A stretch of DNA of 64,000 nt from Patescibacteria group bacterium (GCA_016861085.1 BOKR01000001.1:387271-451270), one strand, 5' to 3'; shown: positions 9,391 through 20,324, counted from the stretch's first letter. Made by a program: numbers and translations. Notes: generated by a model from the letters alone, not told the origin.

Positions 9391-10422
9391 ATGCCGAGAA
9401 AAGTTGAAGGTAATCCACAAACTACTCTTTCACGTAGAGAATTCTTAAAACTAAGTGCTGGTTATTTTGGTTTAAAAGTACTTAAAATTTGTTTGACATA
9501 TTCAGGATTAGAAGCGCTCGCTTTTGCTGGAATGTTACTAGAATCTGAACGATTAAGGATAAATCACCATATTTATAGAGATCCAAATTTTCCAAAAGAA
9601 TGGGATGGTGCAATTGTTGTGCACATTTCTGATCTACACATAGGACAAGAGGGTGTGCATGCAGTGTATCCAGAGTATATTAGACTACTTTCTATTAAAA
9701 TTAATGAATATTTAAAGTATATAAATGCAGACCCAAATAAAACTTTTTTGTTTGATACTGGAGATTCGGTGATTGTTAAAAAAGATCACACACCAAGTAG
9801 GATTGAGGATTTTACCGAAGCATTTGGATACTTGCTTGACGTTGTTGCGGGTGTAAAGGTTGCTGTTGAAGGGAACCATGATAAGGCACATCCTGATAGA
9901 AAAGAAATTGAAGAGATGTATGTGAATGCTGGTTATGTATATGGCGGAGATCCAGATCAATCTTGGACTACTCCTAGAATAATCGATGATCCTAGGTTTC
10001 CATTTGCAATTTGTGTTGCACCAGATTTTACGACTCGGAGTGAATCTTGGTATAAAAGTAAAGAAGCCAACTTGTTTTTAGAAGCTTTAGAGAATTTTTC
10101 CCCGCACAGAATGCTCATTTTGTTGACCCACAACCCCTCAATGATTGATTTATGGAAAGGAGGAAAAATTCAGCAAGTACTAGCTAAAAAAAAGTTTATT
10201 ATTCTAGCAGGTCACACTCATGGAGGGCAATTAAATTCACTCAGTCCCGCTCAGTCACTAATTATGAAGATAGGTATGGAAATAAAAAATTATAATTCTC
10301 AATTTATTAATGGGGTATATAAATTCAATAAAAGTATGGTCATGATTAATTCTGGATTGGGTGAGTCTGGTGGTCCACGCACAGAGCCAAGATCTGTTGA
10401 TGTGATTGAATTTAGAAGATAA
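9391..10422 (+). CDS. Calcineurin-like metallophosphoesterase (YkuE-like)
   Basis: SDLH, TGD, GNHD, HNP and GHTHGGQ motifs. Confidence 0.9.
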   Translation: MPRKVEGNPQTTLSRREFLKLSAGYFGLKVLKICLTYSGLEALAFAGMLLESERLRINHHIYRDPNFPKEWDGAIVVHISDLHIGQEGVHAVYPEYIRLLSIKINEYLKYINADPNKTFLFDTGDSVIVKKDHTPSRIEDFTEAFGYLLDVVAGVKVAVEGNHDKAHPDRKEIEEMYVNAGYVYGGDPDQSWTTPRIIDDPRFPFAICVAPDFTTRSESWYKSKEANLFLEALENFSPHRMLILLTHNPSMIDLWKGGKIQQVLAKKKFIILAGHTHGGQLNSLSPAQSLIMKIGMEIKNYNSQFINGVYKFNKSMVMINSGLGESGGPRTEPRSVDVIEFRR

Positions 10423-10427
10423 ATAAT

Positions 10428-10457
10428 AAAAAAAGAGCTATTTATAGCTCTTTTTTT
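10428..10457. terminator. Bidirectional intrinsic terminator
   Basis: A7-GAGCTA-ttta-TAGCTC-T7 between convergent genes. Confidence 0.75.
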
Positions 10458-10463
10458 ACTCTG

Positions 10464-10535
10464 TGACCCCACGCGGAATCGAACCGCGCTTACCAGGATG
10501 AAAACCTGATGTCCTAACCGATAGACGATGGGGCC
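10464..10535 (-). tRNA. tRNA-Glu(TTC)
   Basis: GGCCCCATCGTCTATCGGTTAGGAC...TT-TTC-AT...GGTTCGATTCC...GGGGTCA cloverleaf. Confidence 0.95.
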
Positions 10536-10555
10536 GTATGTGTACTTATGTACGT

Positions 10556-10924
10556 TTAGGGCCAACTAATATTTTCAAAGTGCTCTATTTGGGGTTTACT
10601 TTGCGTGTTCCCTAAATAGCATATGGCTATAATATCAAATCTGTAGTCCAGATTGCAATGATATTGTCGCAAATAGTTTCTCGCGACAAGAACCATACTT
10701 CGCAGTTTTTTATTTGAAACTGCCAAGGCTGGAGTTCCAAACAGACTGCTCTTTCTTGTTTTGACTTCAATAAACACGATCTCATTTTTTACTTGATCAA
10801 GTGCAATGATATCAATTTCGTTATTGTTAACTCTACTGTTCCTATCAAGTATTTGAAAGTTATGTTGTTGTAAATACTCGCAGGCAATAGTTTCGCCTCT
10901 TAAACCTAAAGAAAAATTATTCAG
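10556..10924 (-). CDS. yraN: YraN family protein (UPF0102)
   Basis: [27 protein letters not shown]; start uncertain (CTG at 10924 proposed). Confidence 0.85.
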   Translation of the reverse strand: MNNFSLGLRGETIACEYLQQHNFQILDRNSRVNNNEIDIIALDQVKNEIVFIEVKTRKSSLFGTPALAVSNKKLRSMVLVARNYLRQYHCNLDYRFDIIAICYLGNTQSKPQIEHFENISWP

Positions 10925-11270
10925 CTTTTTTTGTTGTGCTGTTAGTATCTTTTTCTTTAATTCGAGTTGCAGATTTTCCAAGTCTTTCACGCAAGAAGTA
11001 TAACTTAGATTTTCTGACACTACCCTTACGTCTGACTTCAATATCTTTGATTTGTGGCATGTTAATTGGGTAGATTTTTTCGACACCTACTCCACCAGCA
11101 CCAACTTTTCGAACGGTAAATGATTTGCCGTTGTCTCTGTTTTTAACAGCAATAACTAAACCTTCAAAAATCTGAATTCTAGTTTTATCACCTTCAGTAA
11201 TTTCTTGGTGAACTCTTACAGTATCACCTACCGCAATTGTTTGGTCTTTGTATTCTAAATATTGTGCCAT
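10917..11270 (-). CDS. rplS: 50S ribosomal protein L19
   Basis: [35 protein letters not shown]. Confidence 0.96.
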   Translation of the reverse strand: MAQYLEYKDQTIAVGDTVRVHQEITEGDKTRIQIFEGLVIAVKNRDNGKSFTVRKVGAGGVGVEKIYPINMPQIKDIEVRRKGSVRKSKLYFLRERLGKSATRIKEKDTNSTTKKAE

Positions 11271-11374
11271 GATTGTTTTCCTTTGTATTATTGTCAAGCT
11301 CTCTTACAAGGCTTCTTATTTTACTCGATATAAGCAAATTTTGCAATTAGGTGATTATTTGGATTTCAGCGTTA

Positions 11375-13081
11375 TTATTTTTCTGATTGATCAATAACTG
11401 CATGTAAGTATTCCACAAAAATTGGATGTGGGTTGAGTGGCATTGATTTGTATTCTGGATGAGCTTGTGTTGCCAAGAAAAATGGGTGCTTATCTTGAGG
11501 TAACTCTATCATTTCAACAAAAAAATCGTCAGGAGAAGTGCCCGAAATAACAAATCCAGCATCTTCTAATGGTTTTCTATATTCATTGTTAAATTCATAT
11601 CGATGACGATGTCGTTCTGAAATCAAATTTTTTCGTTCATCCTTGAAGGCATGGTGTTTTTTATAAATTTTATGTGCGAGTGTGCCTGGCTTGAGGATAC
11701 AATCATATGCACCAAGTCGCATACTCGCTCCTTGACCTTTGATCGTTTGGTATTTCTCTTCAAATGGAATGTCATGAATGATTGGATATGGGGTTTCTGG
11801 ATTAACTTCAACTGTGTGCGCACCCTTAAGTCCAACAACGTTTCGGGCAAACTCAACAGAAGCTAGTTGCATGCCATAACAAAGTCCCAAATATGGGATT
11901 TTATTTTCACGCGCGTAGGTAATAGCTGTAATTTTGCCCTCGACACCTCTTTCACCCCAGCCAATTGGGACAATAATCCCATCTGCAGATTGCATCATTT
12001 TAAGGGCATTTTTTTCTTTTTTTTCAACGTCTGTTGCTTTCACGAACAAAAGCTCCATATTTGCGTCAGTATGAAGGGCTGCAAATTTGAGAGATTCAAT
12101 GAGAGAAACATACGAATCAGTTAATTCATAATCACCAGTTGAGAGATATTTGGCAATAATAGCAATCTTTACTGAATGTTTTTTGTCTGACTTCAGTTTT
12201 TTTATAAAATCGTTCCACTCAGTGAGATCTTGTTTTCTTTCTGGCAAGTGCAATTTGCGTAATACTTTCCCGTCAAAATCTTGTTCAGCTAAGATTGGTG
12301 GGACTTCATAGACGCTGTCGCAATCAGGATTGCTGATAACATCTTCTTTGCTCATGTTGCAAAAGAAGGCTACTTTTTCTTTTCGTTTGTCATCAATTGG
12401 AAGTTCACCTCTTCCCACTATAAAGTCAGGCTGAATTCCCATGGAATTGAGTGTTGTTACAGAGAGTTGGGTTGGTTTTGATTTCAATTCATTAATGTGA
12501 GAGGGATTTGGAAAATAGGTTACATGAATATGCAGGGTATCTTCTGGATTCTGCAGTTTCATAATACGGTATGCCTCGTAATAGATGACATTTTGATACT
12601 CACCAGCTGTACCTCCAAGTTCGACCAAACAAATATCATAGCCTTGGCCTGCTGCTCTGATTCTTCTCATCGCTTCTTGAGGAATATAGAGCCATGCATC
12701 AACCGTTGCACCACCATACGCAAGATTTTTTGTATTTTCAATCACAGTTGAATAAATCTGGCCAAGTGTGGCAAAATTTTTGTGACCAACTTGTTCGCCC
12801 AAGAAACGCTCATATGAACCCAAGTCTAAATCGGCTTCAAGACCGTCTTCACATAAAAAAACATCACCATGTTCAACGGGATTAATATTCCCTGAATCTA
12901 TGTTAAGATAATTTTCACACTTGATGTTAGTTACACTATACCCTCTGTTTTTAAGTAACAATCCAAGTGATGCGGCAGTAATTCCTTTTCCGAGCCCAGA
13001 AAGGACTCCTCCAGAGACAAAAACGAACTTTGTGTTATGGGAATTCTTGATTTTGTTGATTAATTTTCCATGAAGGCTCAT
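11375..13081 (-). CDS. pyrG: CTP synthase
   Basis: GGVLSGLGKG, EHG, ELKSKPTQ, GLCYGMQ, ERHRHRYE, HPE. Confidence 0.97.
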   Translation of the reverse strand: MSLHGKLINKIKNSHNTKFVFVSGGVLSGLGKGITAASLGLLLKNRGYSVTNIKCENYLNIDSGNINPVEHGDVFLCEDGLEADLDLGSYERFLGEQVGHKNFATLGQIYSTVIENTKNLAYGGATVDAWLYIPQEAMRRIRAAGQGYDICLVELGGTAGEYQNVIYYEAYRIMKLQNPEDTLHIHVTYFPNPSHINELKSKPTQLSVTTLNSMGIQPDFIVGRGELPIDDKRKEKVAFFCNMSKEDVISNPDCDSVYEVPPILAEQDFDGKVLRKLHLPERKQDLTEWNDFIKKLKSDKKHSVKIAIIAKYLSTGDYELTDSYVSLIESLKFAALHTDANMELLFVKATDVEKKEKNALKMMQSADGIIVPIGWGERGVEGKITAITYARENKIPYLGLCYGMQLASVEFARNVVGLKGAHTVEVNPETPYPIIHDIPFEEKYQTIKGQGASMRLGAYDCILKPGTLAHKIYKKHHAFKDERKNLISERHRHRYEFNNEYRKPLEDAGFVISGTSPDDFFVEMIELPQDKHPFFLATQAHPEYKSMPLNPHPIFVEYLHAVIDQSEK

Positions 13082-13139
13082 GGAATTGTATTATACCAAC
13101 ATTTTTTTTGAATGCAAAGCGCAACTACTGCGTAGCTTA

Positions 13140-13679
13140 CTATAGCATTCCTGGCAACTTATAGAAGAGCTCTGGTTGTAGTATGAGGAGTTGAGCGATA
13201 GTAATCTGTCCAGAAAAGAAGGCAGCTTTGATGTTTTCGGGGATAGAGATCAGAACAGTTTGAGCTTCTTTACCTGCAACAATTTGTGCATGCATTACTA
13301 TTTGTTCTTTAAACCAGAATTGACAGTCAGTTTGCAATTTTCGTTTACTATTAATATCCGGATTTGATTGGCTCATTTTTGAAAGAAGTGATTTTGAGTC
13401 TCTTAGTTTTCTTGGTAACTGGATAGCAAGGGAATGTTCAAAGAATAAGATGCGAGCTTGGGCAACTGTTTGTAGAGTTGCCTTTTCTTTCCACAACGGC
13501 TCAAGCACAGAAGGAAGATCTCCAACAGATTTTTTTACTCGTTCCAAAATATTTTTTTCAAGGTTGAGTGAGCTTAATTCAATGCTAATACGTTCCCAGA
13601 GGTAATTAAAGTTTGGTGTAAAGACTGCCTCTTGAGGAAATTGAGATTTTATTTCTTTTGCTGTTAATCTTTTTTTCAT
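13140..13679 (-). CDS. Hypothetical protein
   Basis: 179-aa ORF co-oriented between dnaE and pyrG. Confidence 0.65.
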   Translation of the reverse strand: MKKRLTAKEIKSQFPQEAVFTPNFNYLWERISIELSSLNLEKNILERVKKSVGDLPSVLEPLWKEKATLQTVAQARILFFEHSLAIQLPRKLRDSKSLLSKMSQSNPDINSKRKLQTDCQFWFKEQIVMHAQIVAGKEAQTVLISIPENIKAAFFSGQITIAQLLILQPELFYKLPGML

Positions 13680-13705
13680 GGTTATAGATTTTTCATCAAT
13701 GAATA

Positions 13706-16700
13706 CTATTCTAATAATTTTGAGATCTTCTTCTCAAGTTCTTTGGTCCAGTTTACCCCATACGGAAGCAACATTTTTTGTGGTTTAGATCCATTGGGAA
13801 TAAGAATTAACACACTTTGTGATCCTGGATGTGATTTTAGTAGTTTACCAAGTTCTTGAAGCGTTTCTTGAGTAGTTTTTCTTGGAACAAAAATTTCCTT
13901 GTGTAGGTCAGATCCTTCGTGATTGAGTTGTGTGGCAGAAGGAGCACTAACTTTTTCAACCAAAAGTTGCATTTCTTCATCGCGTTCGTCTACTTTTGCC
14001 CGTACTAAAACAACGCTATCATTATGAATTAGTTCTTGAGCATCTTCAAATACTTTGGGAAAAATAACAATATCAATCGCACCAGTGTCATCTTCTAACT
14101 TGGCAAATGCCATTGGTTGTTGTTTCTGTTTTGTTAAAATTGTACGGACATTACTTAAAATCCCGCCAAACTTGAAAATTTTATCTTTATGAACTGTGGC
14201 ATCTAGATCGCCGATTTCTTTATCAGCATTTTTTGCAACAGCTTTGAGTTGATGAGCCATTGGATGGTCAGTTAAATATAATCCAAGCAGTTCTTTTTCA
14301 AATGAAAGTAATTCTTGCTGTGGATATTCTGGTAGTTCAGGGAAAGAATCTTTGAGCATGTCATCGTTTGAAGTTTGCGCACCAAACAAAGAGTCTTGTC
14401 CTTCTACTTCTGATTGTAATTGTCCGGCTGTTTGACGAATAGACTCCAAATTCTCAAGCATACTAGCTCGGTTCCCAAACTGATCCATAACACCAACCTT
14501 TATCAAGGTTTCTAGAGTTGTTTTGTTTACTTTTCTGCTATCTGTTTTATGAATAAACTGAGTTAAGGAATTAAATTGTTTTACACTATTTCTAGTTTCC
14601 AAAATATTTTCGATAGCTTTAGTGCCTATATGTTTTATTGCGTTAAATCCAAATCTAATTGCAAGACCTTGCAGTGAATGTTCATCTTTCTCAATTTTAA
14701 AGTCGTCATCAGACTTATTGATGTTTGGAGGATAGATTTTTATACCCATTTTTTTAGAGGTTTCTATAGCCTGAGCAATTTTAATGTCACGATTCATTGA
14801 ATGTGAAGCAGACTCGACACTCATGAGTGCTGCCATATATTCAACCGGATAGTTGGCTTTAAGATATGCAGTTTGGTAGGCAATCATGGCATAACTAGCT
14901 GCATGAGCTTTGTTGAAGCCATAATTTGCAAATGCTTCTATAAAACCCCACACTTTGGATGCAACCTCTTTTTTGTACCCTTTAGACACAGACTGGTCAA
15001 TGAACCGTTTTTTATTTTCGTCCAAAAGTTTCTTCTTCTTTTTACCGATAGCTCTGCGCAAAATGTCTGCTTCACCTAAACTATACCCAGCCATAACGTT
15101 AGCAATTTGCAAAATCTGCTCTTGGTACACCATGACACCATAGGTTTCTTCAAGCACTGGTTTGAGTGATTCATCAGGATACTGGATCGATTTTGGATCG
15201 TGCTTGCCTTCAATAAAGGTTGGAATAAGATCCATAGGACCCGGACGATATAAAGCAACCATAGCAGTAATATCAGAAAATAAGTTGGGTTTCAGTGTCC
15301 GAGCCACGCGTCTCATACCGGCAGACTCAAGTTGAAACACCCCAAAGGTGTCACCACTTGATAGCAATTCAAAGGTTTTTTTGTCATCAAGTGGCAATGT
15401 TTCCATGTCAACGACTACATTTTTATTTTCCTTAATCAGTCGTAGCGCTGTGTTGATGATAGAGAGATTTCTTAAGCCCAGAAAATCAAATTTTAAAAGT
15501 CCAATTGCGTCATCATCAACATTACAGTCAAGCGCATACATATCAAACTGTGTGATGGTTTTTCCTGATTTACTATCTTTTTGAATAGCACAGTAGTCTG
15601 GAATTGGTCTATCAGTAATGATGACTGCAGCAGCATGGACAGATGAATGGCGAATGCTGCCTTCAACTTTCATCGCCAGATCAATCAGTTTTTTGAATTT
15701 TGGTTGTTTGTAGTACTCTGCTAATTCTGGTACTTGCTCAATTGCTTGTTTGAGTGACGTTTTTTTACCGGGGTCATTGGGAATTAATTTAGCAATTTTG
15801 TCCGGATCCTCATAGGGATATCCTAAGACACGTCCAATATCACGAATTGCAACGCGAGCTTCCATTTTTCCAAAGGTAATTACGTGAGCCACGTGATCAC
15901 TCCCGTACTTCTCGGAAACATATTTAATAACACGATCACGTTTAATATCTGCGAAGTCTAAATCAATATCAGGAGGCGTGGGTCGTTGTGGGTTTAAAAA
16001 ACGCTCAAAGGCAAGACCATGTTGTAACGGATCAATGGTTGTAATACCAATGCTATAAGAAACAAGTGACCCAGCTGCAGATCCTCTTCCGGGACCAACA
16101 GTGATATCGTGTGCTTTGGCCCAGTTTACAAAATCTTGCGTGATCAAAAAGTACGCAGAGTATCCTTTGTCACTAATAATTTTGAGTTCGTATTCCAATC
16201 TTTCAGAAATTTCATTAGTGATTTTGCCAAATTTCTTTTCAGCACCAGCATACGCCATTTTTTTGAGCAAAGAATCCAAGGTTTCCCCTTTTGGAACGGG
16301 ATATTCAGGAAAGATAAGTTGACCAGTTGGGATGATTACATCACATATATCAGCAATTTTGACTGTGTTTTCGATAGCATCAGGATAGTCCTTGAAAAGT
16401 TCTATCATTTCTTCACTAGATCTTAAGTAAAAGTCAGGTGATTCCATCATACTCATGCGTTTTTTGTCTGAGATAAGATGTCGGGTCTGTACGCACAGCA
16501 ACGCATCTTGGGCAACTGCATCATCAGGGTGAACGTAATGGACGTCATTTGTAGCAACAAGTTCAATATCTAATTTTCTGGCAAGAGCTACCTGTTTTTT
16601 AGTAAGCTGTGTGAGTTCTGAAATTGCTGGATGTACTTGAATTTCAATGTAAAAATCTTTGCCAAATTGTTTTTTGTATTTTGCGAATAATTTTTCTGCT

Positions 16701-17194
16701 TCTGTCTCCTTCCCCTCACGAAGTAACCTATTAAACTGGCTGTTCATACACCCACTTGTAACAATAAGATCTTCTTTATATTGGAAAAGGGTTTCTTCAT
16801 CTATGCGTGGTTTGTAAGAGAATCCTTCAAAATTTCCAATGGTGACTAACTTATTAATGTTCTGGTAACCATGGTAATTTTTTGCAAGAACAGTGATATG
16901 AAATTGATCTGCTCCCATCTTTGTTTGTTTATCAAGTCGTGAATGTTTTGCTACATATAGTTCTGCTCCAATAATTGGTTTAATACCTGCTTTTCTACAA
17001 GCATTATAAAAATGAAGCACTCCATACATAGCCCCATGGTCGGTAATAGCTAAGGCATGTTGACCGTGATCTCGGGCAGTTTTCATTAAATCTGGAAGTT
17101 TGCTCAATCCATCTAATAATGAGTATTCGGTATGAACATGCAAATGAACAAATTTACCTTTTGGAACTGGTGGTTGTTGAACGGAATCTGCCAT
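13706..17194 (-). CDS. dnaE: DNA polymerase III alpha subunit
   Basis: PHP HLHVHTEYSLLDG, GRGSAAGS, PDIDLDF, KFDFLGL, FNKAHA, OB fold. Confidence 0.98.
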   Translation of the reverse strand: MADSVQQPPVPKGKFVHLHVHTEYSLLDGLSKLPDLMKTARDHGQHALAITDHGAMYGVLHFYNACRKAGIKPIIGAELYVAKHSRLDKQTKMGADQFHITVLAKNYHGYQNINKLVTIGNFEGFSYKPRIDEETLFQYKEDLIVTSGCMNSQFNRLLREGKETEAEKLFAKYKKQFGKDFYIEIQVHPAISELTQLTKKQVALARKLDIELVATNDVHYVHPDDAVAQDALLCVQTRHLISDKKRMSMMESPDFYLRSSEEMIELFKDYPDAIENTVKIADICDVIIPTGQLIFPEYPVPKGETLDSLLKKMAYAGAEKKFGKITNEISERLEYELKIISDKGYSAYFLITQDFVNWAKAHDITVGPGRGSAAGSLVSYSIGITTIDPLQHGLAFERFLNPQRPTPPDIDLDFADIKRDRVIKYVSEKYGSDHVAHVITFGKMEARVAIRDIGRVLGYPYEDPDKIAKLIPNDPGKKTSLKQAIEQVPELAEYYKQPKFKKLIDLAMKVEGSIRHSSVHAAAVIITDRPIPDYCAIQKDSKSGKTITQFDMYALDCNVDDDAIGLLKFDFLGLRNLSIINTALRLIKENKNVVVDMETLPLDDKKTFELLSSGDTFGVFQLESAGMRRVARTLKPNLFSDITAMVALYRPGPMDLIPTFIEGKHDPKSIQYPDESLKPVLEETYGVMVYQEQILQIANVMAGYSLGEADILRRAIGKKKKKLLDENKKRFIDQSVSKGYKKEVASKVWGFIEAFANYGFNKAHAASYAMIAYQTAYLKANYPVEYMAALMSVESASHSMNRDIKIAQAIETSKKMGIKIYPPNINKSDDDFKIEKDEHSLQGLAIRFGFNAIKHIGTKAIENILETRNSVKQFNSLTQFIHKTDSRKVNKTTLETLIKVGVMDQFGNRASMLENLESIRQTAGQLQSEVEGQDSLFGAQTSNDDMLKDSFPELPEYPQQELLSFEKELLGLYLTDHPMAHQLKAVAKNADKEIGDLDATVHKDKIFKFGGILSNVRTILTKQKQQPMAFAKLEDDTGAIDIVIFPKVFEDAQELIHNDSVVLVRAKVDERDEEMQLLVEKVSAPSATQLNHEGSDLHKEIFVPRKTTQETLQELGKLLKSHPGSQSVLILIPNGSKPQKMLLPYGVNWTKELEKKISKLLE

Positions 17195-17248
17195 ATCTAG
17201 TAGTTATGGTAGCATATTTTGTCTAGTCCAGAAGAAGCGGTTTAGAAA

Positions 17249-18592
17249 CTATTTTTCTAATTCTTGTTGTAACAGCTTAGTTAGTTCTTTGGTATCAATT
17301 TTCTTTCCAATTGCTCGCAGCGTCTGACCCATAAAAAATCCAACAACTTGTTTTTGTCCTGCTTTGTATTTTGCAACTGCATCTGGGTTTGCTTCCATGA
17401 TCGAGTTAATAACTGAAAGAATTTCAGATTCTGGGACTGTGTCTGTTGCAAATAACTCTGAAAATTTTTGTACCAACTTTTCTACAGTTTTTTCAAAGGC
17501 TAGTTTTTTGTTTGCTAACACATTTGCTAGTTTATTTGGTTCTTGGTTGTTTTTTTGTAGTGTTGTAAATGCTTCTTCCAAAAGTTGCGCAGTTTGAGTT
17601 GAATCAATTAATAAATTAGAATATCTTGGTTCGACAGCAAATTCTTTTTCCCATCGGGAGATTTTTTCAATAATTAATTCTGGCAACTCATTTCTCATGG
17701 CATCAATTTGTTTTTGTGTAAAAGTAATCGGTGGCAAGTCTGGGTCCGGAAAATATCGGTAATCTTCGGCATCCTCTTTTGTTCTTTGGGAAAATGTAGA
17801 GATCTTTACCGAGTCAAAGCCTCTTGTTTCTTGGACTGGGGTTTTTCCATCATCAAGAATCTTTGCTTGACGGTCCATTTCATAGGTTATTGCTTGTTCT
17901 GCAAACCTGAAAGAATTGATATTTTTGACTTCAACTTTATAGTTTGGCAATTTTTGGGCAGATTTTTCAGCTAGCGAAATATTTGCTTCTAAACGCATAC
18001 CACCTTGATCCATGTCGCAGTCTGCAACCTCCAAATATCGCAATAAGTCGCGAATTTTTTTGGCATATTCTTTTGCTTGCTCAGGAGAATGAATATCTGG
18101 TTCAGAAACAATTTCCATCAGTGGAACACTACTGCGATTATAGTCAATTAAACTGACTTTTTTACCATTTATAGTAGTATGCTGTAGTTTTCCTGTGTCT
18201 TCTTCTAAATGAATGCGAGTGATCCTTACGGGACCATAAGAAGTCTCAACTACTCCGTCATAACAAAACGGCAAATCATACTGACTAATCTGATATGCTT
18301 TTGCCAAATCTGGATAAAAATAGTTTTTTCTATCAAACTTGGAGAAAAGATTTATTTTACAACCTAGGGCCAAACCAACTTTAATTGTCCATTCAATAGC
18401 TGTCTTGTTTGCAACTGGTAATCCACCTGGCATGCCAAGACAAACAGGACAAGTGTAGATATTTGGTTGTTTGGCACCAAATGGATCATTTTTACAGCCA
18501 CAAAACATTTTTGAGTTTGTTTTCAGTTCTGCATGAATTTCCATGCCACAAACTAACTTATAGGTATTTTTTTCTGTTGTTATAGTTTCCAT
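17249..18592 (-). CDS. gatB: Asp/Glu-tRNA amidotransferase subunit B
   Basis: GMEIHAEL, FDRKNYFYPDL, HLEEDTGK, YRYFPDPDLPP. Confidence 0.97.
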   Translation of the reverse strand: METITTEKNTYKLVCGMEIHAELKTNSKMFCGCKNDPFGAKQPNIYTCPVCLGMPGGLPVANKTAIEWTIKVGLALGCKINLFSKFDRKNYFYPDLAKAYQISQYDLPFCYDGVVETSYGPVRITRIHLEEDTGKLQHTTINGKKVSLIDYNRSSVPLMEIVSEPDIHSPEQAKEYAKKIRDLLRYLEVADCDMDQGGMRLEANISLAEKSAQKLPNYKVEVKNINSFRFAEQAITYEMDRQAKILDDGKTPVQETRGFDSVKISTFSQRTKEDAEDYRYFPDPDLPPITFTQKQIDAMRNELPELIIEKISRWEKEFAVEPRYSNLLIDSTQTAQLLEEAFTTLQKNNQEPNKLANVLANKKLAFEKTVEKLVQKFSELFATDTVPESEILSVINSIMEANPDAVAKYKAGQKQVVGFFMGQTLRAIGKKIDTKELTKLLQQELEK

Positions 18593-18594
18593 GG

Positions 18595-19989
18595 TTATTT
18601 TTTTGCTTTCTCTTTTGTTCTCCAGGTATTCCAGTTGGTTGCTTGCTCATATGCATCGGCAACCTGAATAACTAAATCCTCACGCCACATTGGAGCAATG
18701 ATATTCATACCTAAAAACAGGTTTGTCTTTGGATCTTGATAGCAGGGAATAGAGATTCCAGGCAAACCACTGAGTGAACTTGCTTCTAGCAATAAGTCTT
18801 CGAGTTCTCCAAACATTGCAGCACCTTGTGTGGCGCCAATTTTTTTTGCAAACCCTGGAGAAGTTGGTGCAATCAAGACATCGTATGTTTTGAAAAGTTC
18901 TTCATAGTTTTTGATGTAGAGAGTGCGAACTTTTTGAGCAGTATTGTAGTATTGGTCAGCATACCCCTTAGAGAGTGTGTACGTACCCAACATAATGCGG
19001 CGTTTTGCTTCATCTCCAAAGTGAGAACGATCATTGCCATAACGAATACCATCATACCTGCCAAGATTACTTGAGACTTCACCACGTTGTACTATTGTGT
19101 AGACACTAATTCCATATCGCGGATTCATGGCATCAACAACTGTGACTGTGGCACCAAGTTTTTCAAATACCTTCATTTCTTTTTCGAAAATTTTGGTGAC
19201 GGCTTCCAGTCCTTTGAGATCTTTGTAAATATATCCAATTTTAAGACCTTTTACTCCCTTACCAATATATTGAGTGAAGTCCGGAACTCCATGTGGCCCA
19301 GTAGTGGCGTCATATTTATCTGGTCCGGCAATGTGGTTTAGTAAAATTGCGGCATCTTCTACAGTTTTGGTAATTGGACCAGGGCTATCTGTGGAAGAGG
19401 CCATGGCTACTACTCCGTATCGGCTACAGCGGCCATAGGTTGGTTTGAGTCCTACGACACCACACCACGCTGCAGGCTGTCTGATTGAACCAGCAGTTTC
19501 TGTTCCTAAGGCTGCAATGCACATGTCAGCTGCAACAGCTGCTGCACTACCCCCAGAAGAACCACCTGGCAAGTGATCAATATTTCGTGGGTTTAAGGTC
19601 CTACCATATTGAGAAGTTTCTGTAGATGACCCATGTGCCCATGCGTCCATATTTGTTTTGCCGTACACTACTCCACCAGCTTTTTTGAGTTTTGTAATAA
19701 CTGTTGATTCGAATTGTGGAATAAAGTTGTCCAAAACCGTTGAAGACGCTGTTGTTCGTAGGTTTAGAGTGCAGAAATTATCTTTCACTGCGATTGGAAC
19801 ACCGGCTAGTGGTGTGTCTAAGAGTTCTTCAGCTTGTTTTTCTGGATTCTTTGAGACTGTTAAATAGACGTTTAATTTTTTGTTTTTTCCTTGGACTGAA
19901 TCAGAAACTGCTTGGTAGAGATCCTTGTGAGTTAGCTCTTTATTTTTCAGTTTACTAATGGCTTGTTTCAATGTGAGTGTATTGTGCAT
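18595..19989 (-). CDS. gatA: Asp/Glu-tRNA amidotransferase subunit A
   Basis: Amidase signature PGGSSGGSAAAV, GSIRQPA, RRIMLGT. Confidence 0.97.
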   Translation of the reverse strand: MHNTLTLKQAISKLKNKELTHKDLYQAVSDSVQGKNKKLNVYLTVSKNPEKQAEELLDTPLAGVPIAVKDNFCTLNLRTTASSTVLDNFIPQFESTVITKLKKAGGVVYGKTNMDAWAHGSSTETSQYGRTLNPRNIDHLPGGSSGGSAAAVAADMCIAALGTETAGSIRQPAAWCGVVGLKPTYGRCSRYGVVAMASSTDSPGPITKTVEDAAILLNHIAGPDKYDATTGPHGVPDFTQYIGKGVKGLKIGYIYKDLKGLEAVTKIFEKEMKVFEKLGATVTVVDAMNPRYGISVYTIVQRGEVSSNLGRYDGIRYGNDRSHFGDEAKRRIMLGTYTLSKGYADQYYNTAQKVRTLYIKNYEELFKTYDVLIAPTSPGFAKKIGATQGAAMFGELEDLLLEASSLSGLPGISIPCYQDPKTNLFLGMNIIAPMWREDLVIQVADAYEQATNWNTWRTKEKAKK

Positions 19990-20300
19990 TACTTTTCCTC
20001 GATGATTCTGGGTACCACAAAGTAGCCATTATGTGTTTGTTTGGCATTAGCCAGTGCTTGTTTTTGTGTGAACATGTTATCAATATTGACAATATCTTCG
20101 CGTAGAATGTTTGTTAGTCCTGTTACCTGATGAGTTGGCTCAACATTTGAGATATCAACAGATTGTAATTCAGCAATAGTATTGAGTGTTTCTTCAAAAG
20201 CAGTTTGCAATTTTTTTTGCTCAGTTTGGGTAATAGGAATGTTTGCTAAGTTAGCAATATGCTGTATTTGTTTTTTTGTAATATTCGGCGTTTTTTTCAT
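19989..20300 (-). CDS. gatC: Asp/Glu-tRNA amidotransferase subunit C
   Basis: HIANLA, NILRED, YFVVPRI; adjacent to gatA; start set to ATG 20300. Confidence 0.93.
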   Translation of the reverse strand: MKKTPNITKKQIQHIANLANIPITQTEQKKLQTAFEETLNTIAELQSVDISNVEPTHQVTGLTNILREDIVNIDNMFTQKQALANAKQTHNGYFVVPRIIEEK

Positions 20301-20324
20301 GTGTGTATTGTACCTCAAAAAAAA

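Noticed and set aside
11271-11374. Possible L19 autoregulatory hairpin in the rplS leader
   Set aside because: Only a short imperfect stem (AAGC..GCTT); insufficient without alignment
13706-17194. Intein in DnaE
   Set aside because: Length is normal and no intein splice motifs or insertion are evident
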